Shown here piece by piece: positions 59,201 to 60,003 of a stretch of 60,003 bases of DNA. A program made the translations under genes and the position numbers. The notes under the pieces are model-generated. The model saw only the letters and a program-made list of their open reading frames with translations, made no database searches and had not been told where the DNA came from. Source of the stretch: Eledone cirrhosa (lineage: Eukaryota); contig CAXHJY010001484.1 in assembly GCA_964016885.1 (NCBI GenBank), positions 1 through 60,003 of the forward strand, written 5' to 3'. Positions within the stretch are counted from its first letter, which is position 1. Each line of letters starts with the position of its first letter.

Positions 59201-60003
59201 AGCCTCCATGGATTTCGTCGTAGCCGTCACAATGTTGTCCAACGTGACCATTTAGGTCGCCTGCAATAATTATATAGTCACTGTCAGATATTTGGGAGGT
59301 AGTTAGCAACAGTGTCTCATAGAATCTGTCTTTTATAGTGCCGGGCAGTCCGGATTGGGGTGCGTACGCAGATATTACTGTCACCGTAGTTTTATTGAGG
59401 ACAAGTCTTATTTTAATTATTCTGTCGTTCACTCTATTTACGTCTATTATCTTATCTGCCCACTTTTCTGCTACCATGATTCCTACTCCACCCAGCCCAT
59501 CGTCGTTTCCCACCCAGAAAAGCTTATAACATCGTTTTTTACCCTCAATGAATCTAGCAGACCCACCCCTCCACCTGGTCTCTTGAATACAACAAACATC
59601 GACCTCCTTACGTTCACGCATTTCTACAATCTCGTTAGCGCGACCCTTTAGGGTGCCCACATTTATGGTACCAACTCTGAAGTTTTGGGTTGCGTTTGGA
59701 GGGTGGGGGTGGTGGGGGGCGGGGGGAGATAGGGTTACGTTAGCCATCCGCGGACGAAACAAAGAGGAGTGCTCGCATTCTCGTCCACGAGGTGAATTTG
59801 ACTTTAACTTTGGCATTTTCGCTCTGAGCGTCCAGATTTTTCTCTCCCTTCCACTCTCCAGGATTCCGCAGTCCATCCATCCATCCATCATATATCGAAG
59901 GCAACCGGGCAAGCGATAGTATAGGCCTCTGGCTTATGATTGGTCCGCGTAATAATAATAATAATAATAATGGTGATGCGTGGGGGGGGGGGCTCTGGCT
60001 TAT
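56290..60003 (-). mobile_element. RTE LINE family A (young subfamily), near full-length, single frameshift
   Basis: ORFs 57993-59912 (APE, RT N-terminus) and 56636-57982 (RT, PHD) are split by a 2-bp loss in an (AG)n run at ~58000 relative to 44720; the 5'UTR runs off the window. Confidence 0.96.

Overview
A 60-kb repeat-only stretch of an animal genome. The (TA)n load and the SINE/RTE types suggest a cephalopod such as Octopus, but that is inference. No host gene is supported, and most ORFs in the track are microsatellite translations or antisense frames of LINEs. The left third holds old SINE/LINE remnants, a 29-bp minisatellite and a ~9.6-kb 37-bp satellite. From ~21.3 to 56.3 kb there is a long (TA)n array punctuated by CCAAA/TCAAA motifs that has collected many insertions. 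These include three RTE-clade LINE families (A and B show APE endonuclease + RT, C survives only as a 3' piece, and all three carry a PHD-type finger), chimeric tRNA/CORE-like SINEs, a DD37D (maT) transposon half and a non-autonomous Helitron. The highlight is 32650-35560: ~8 apparently identical 310-bp tandem units plus ~1.5 inverted units. Each full unit carries a type I hammerhead ribozyme with a palindromic mini stem III, which fits a young non-LTR retrozyme (circRNA-forming, probably Penelope-mobilised). Two further, different hammerheads lie at 49928-49982 and 55742-55792.
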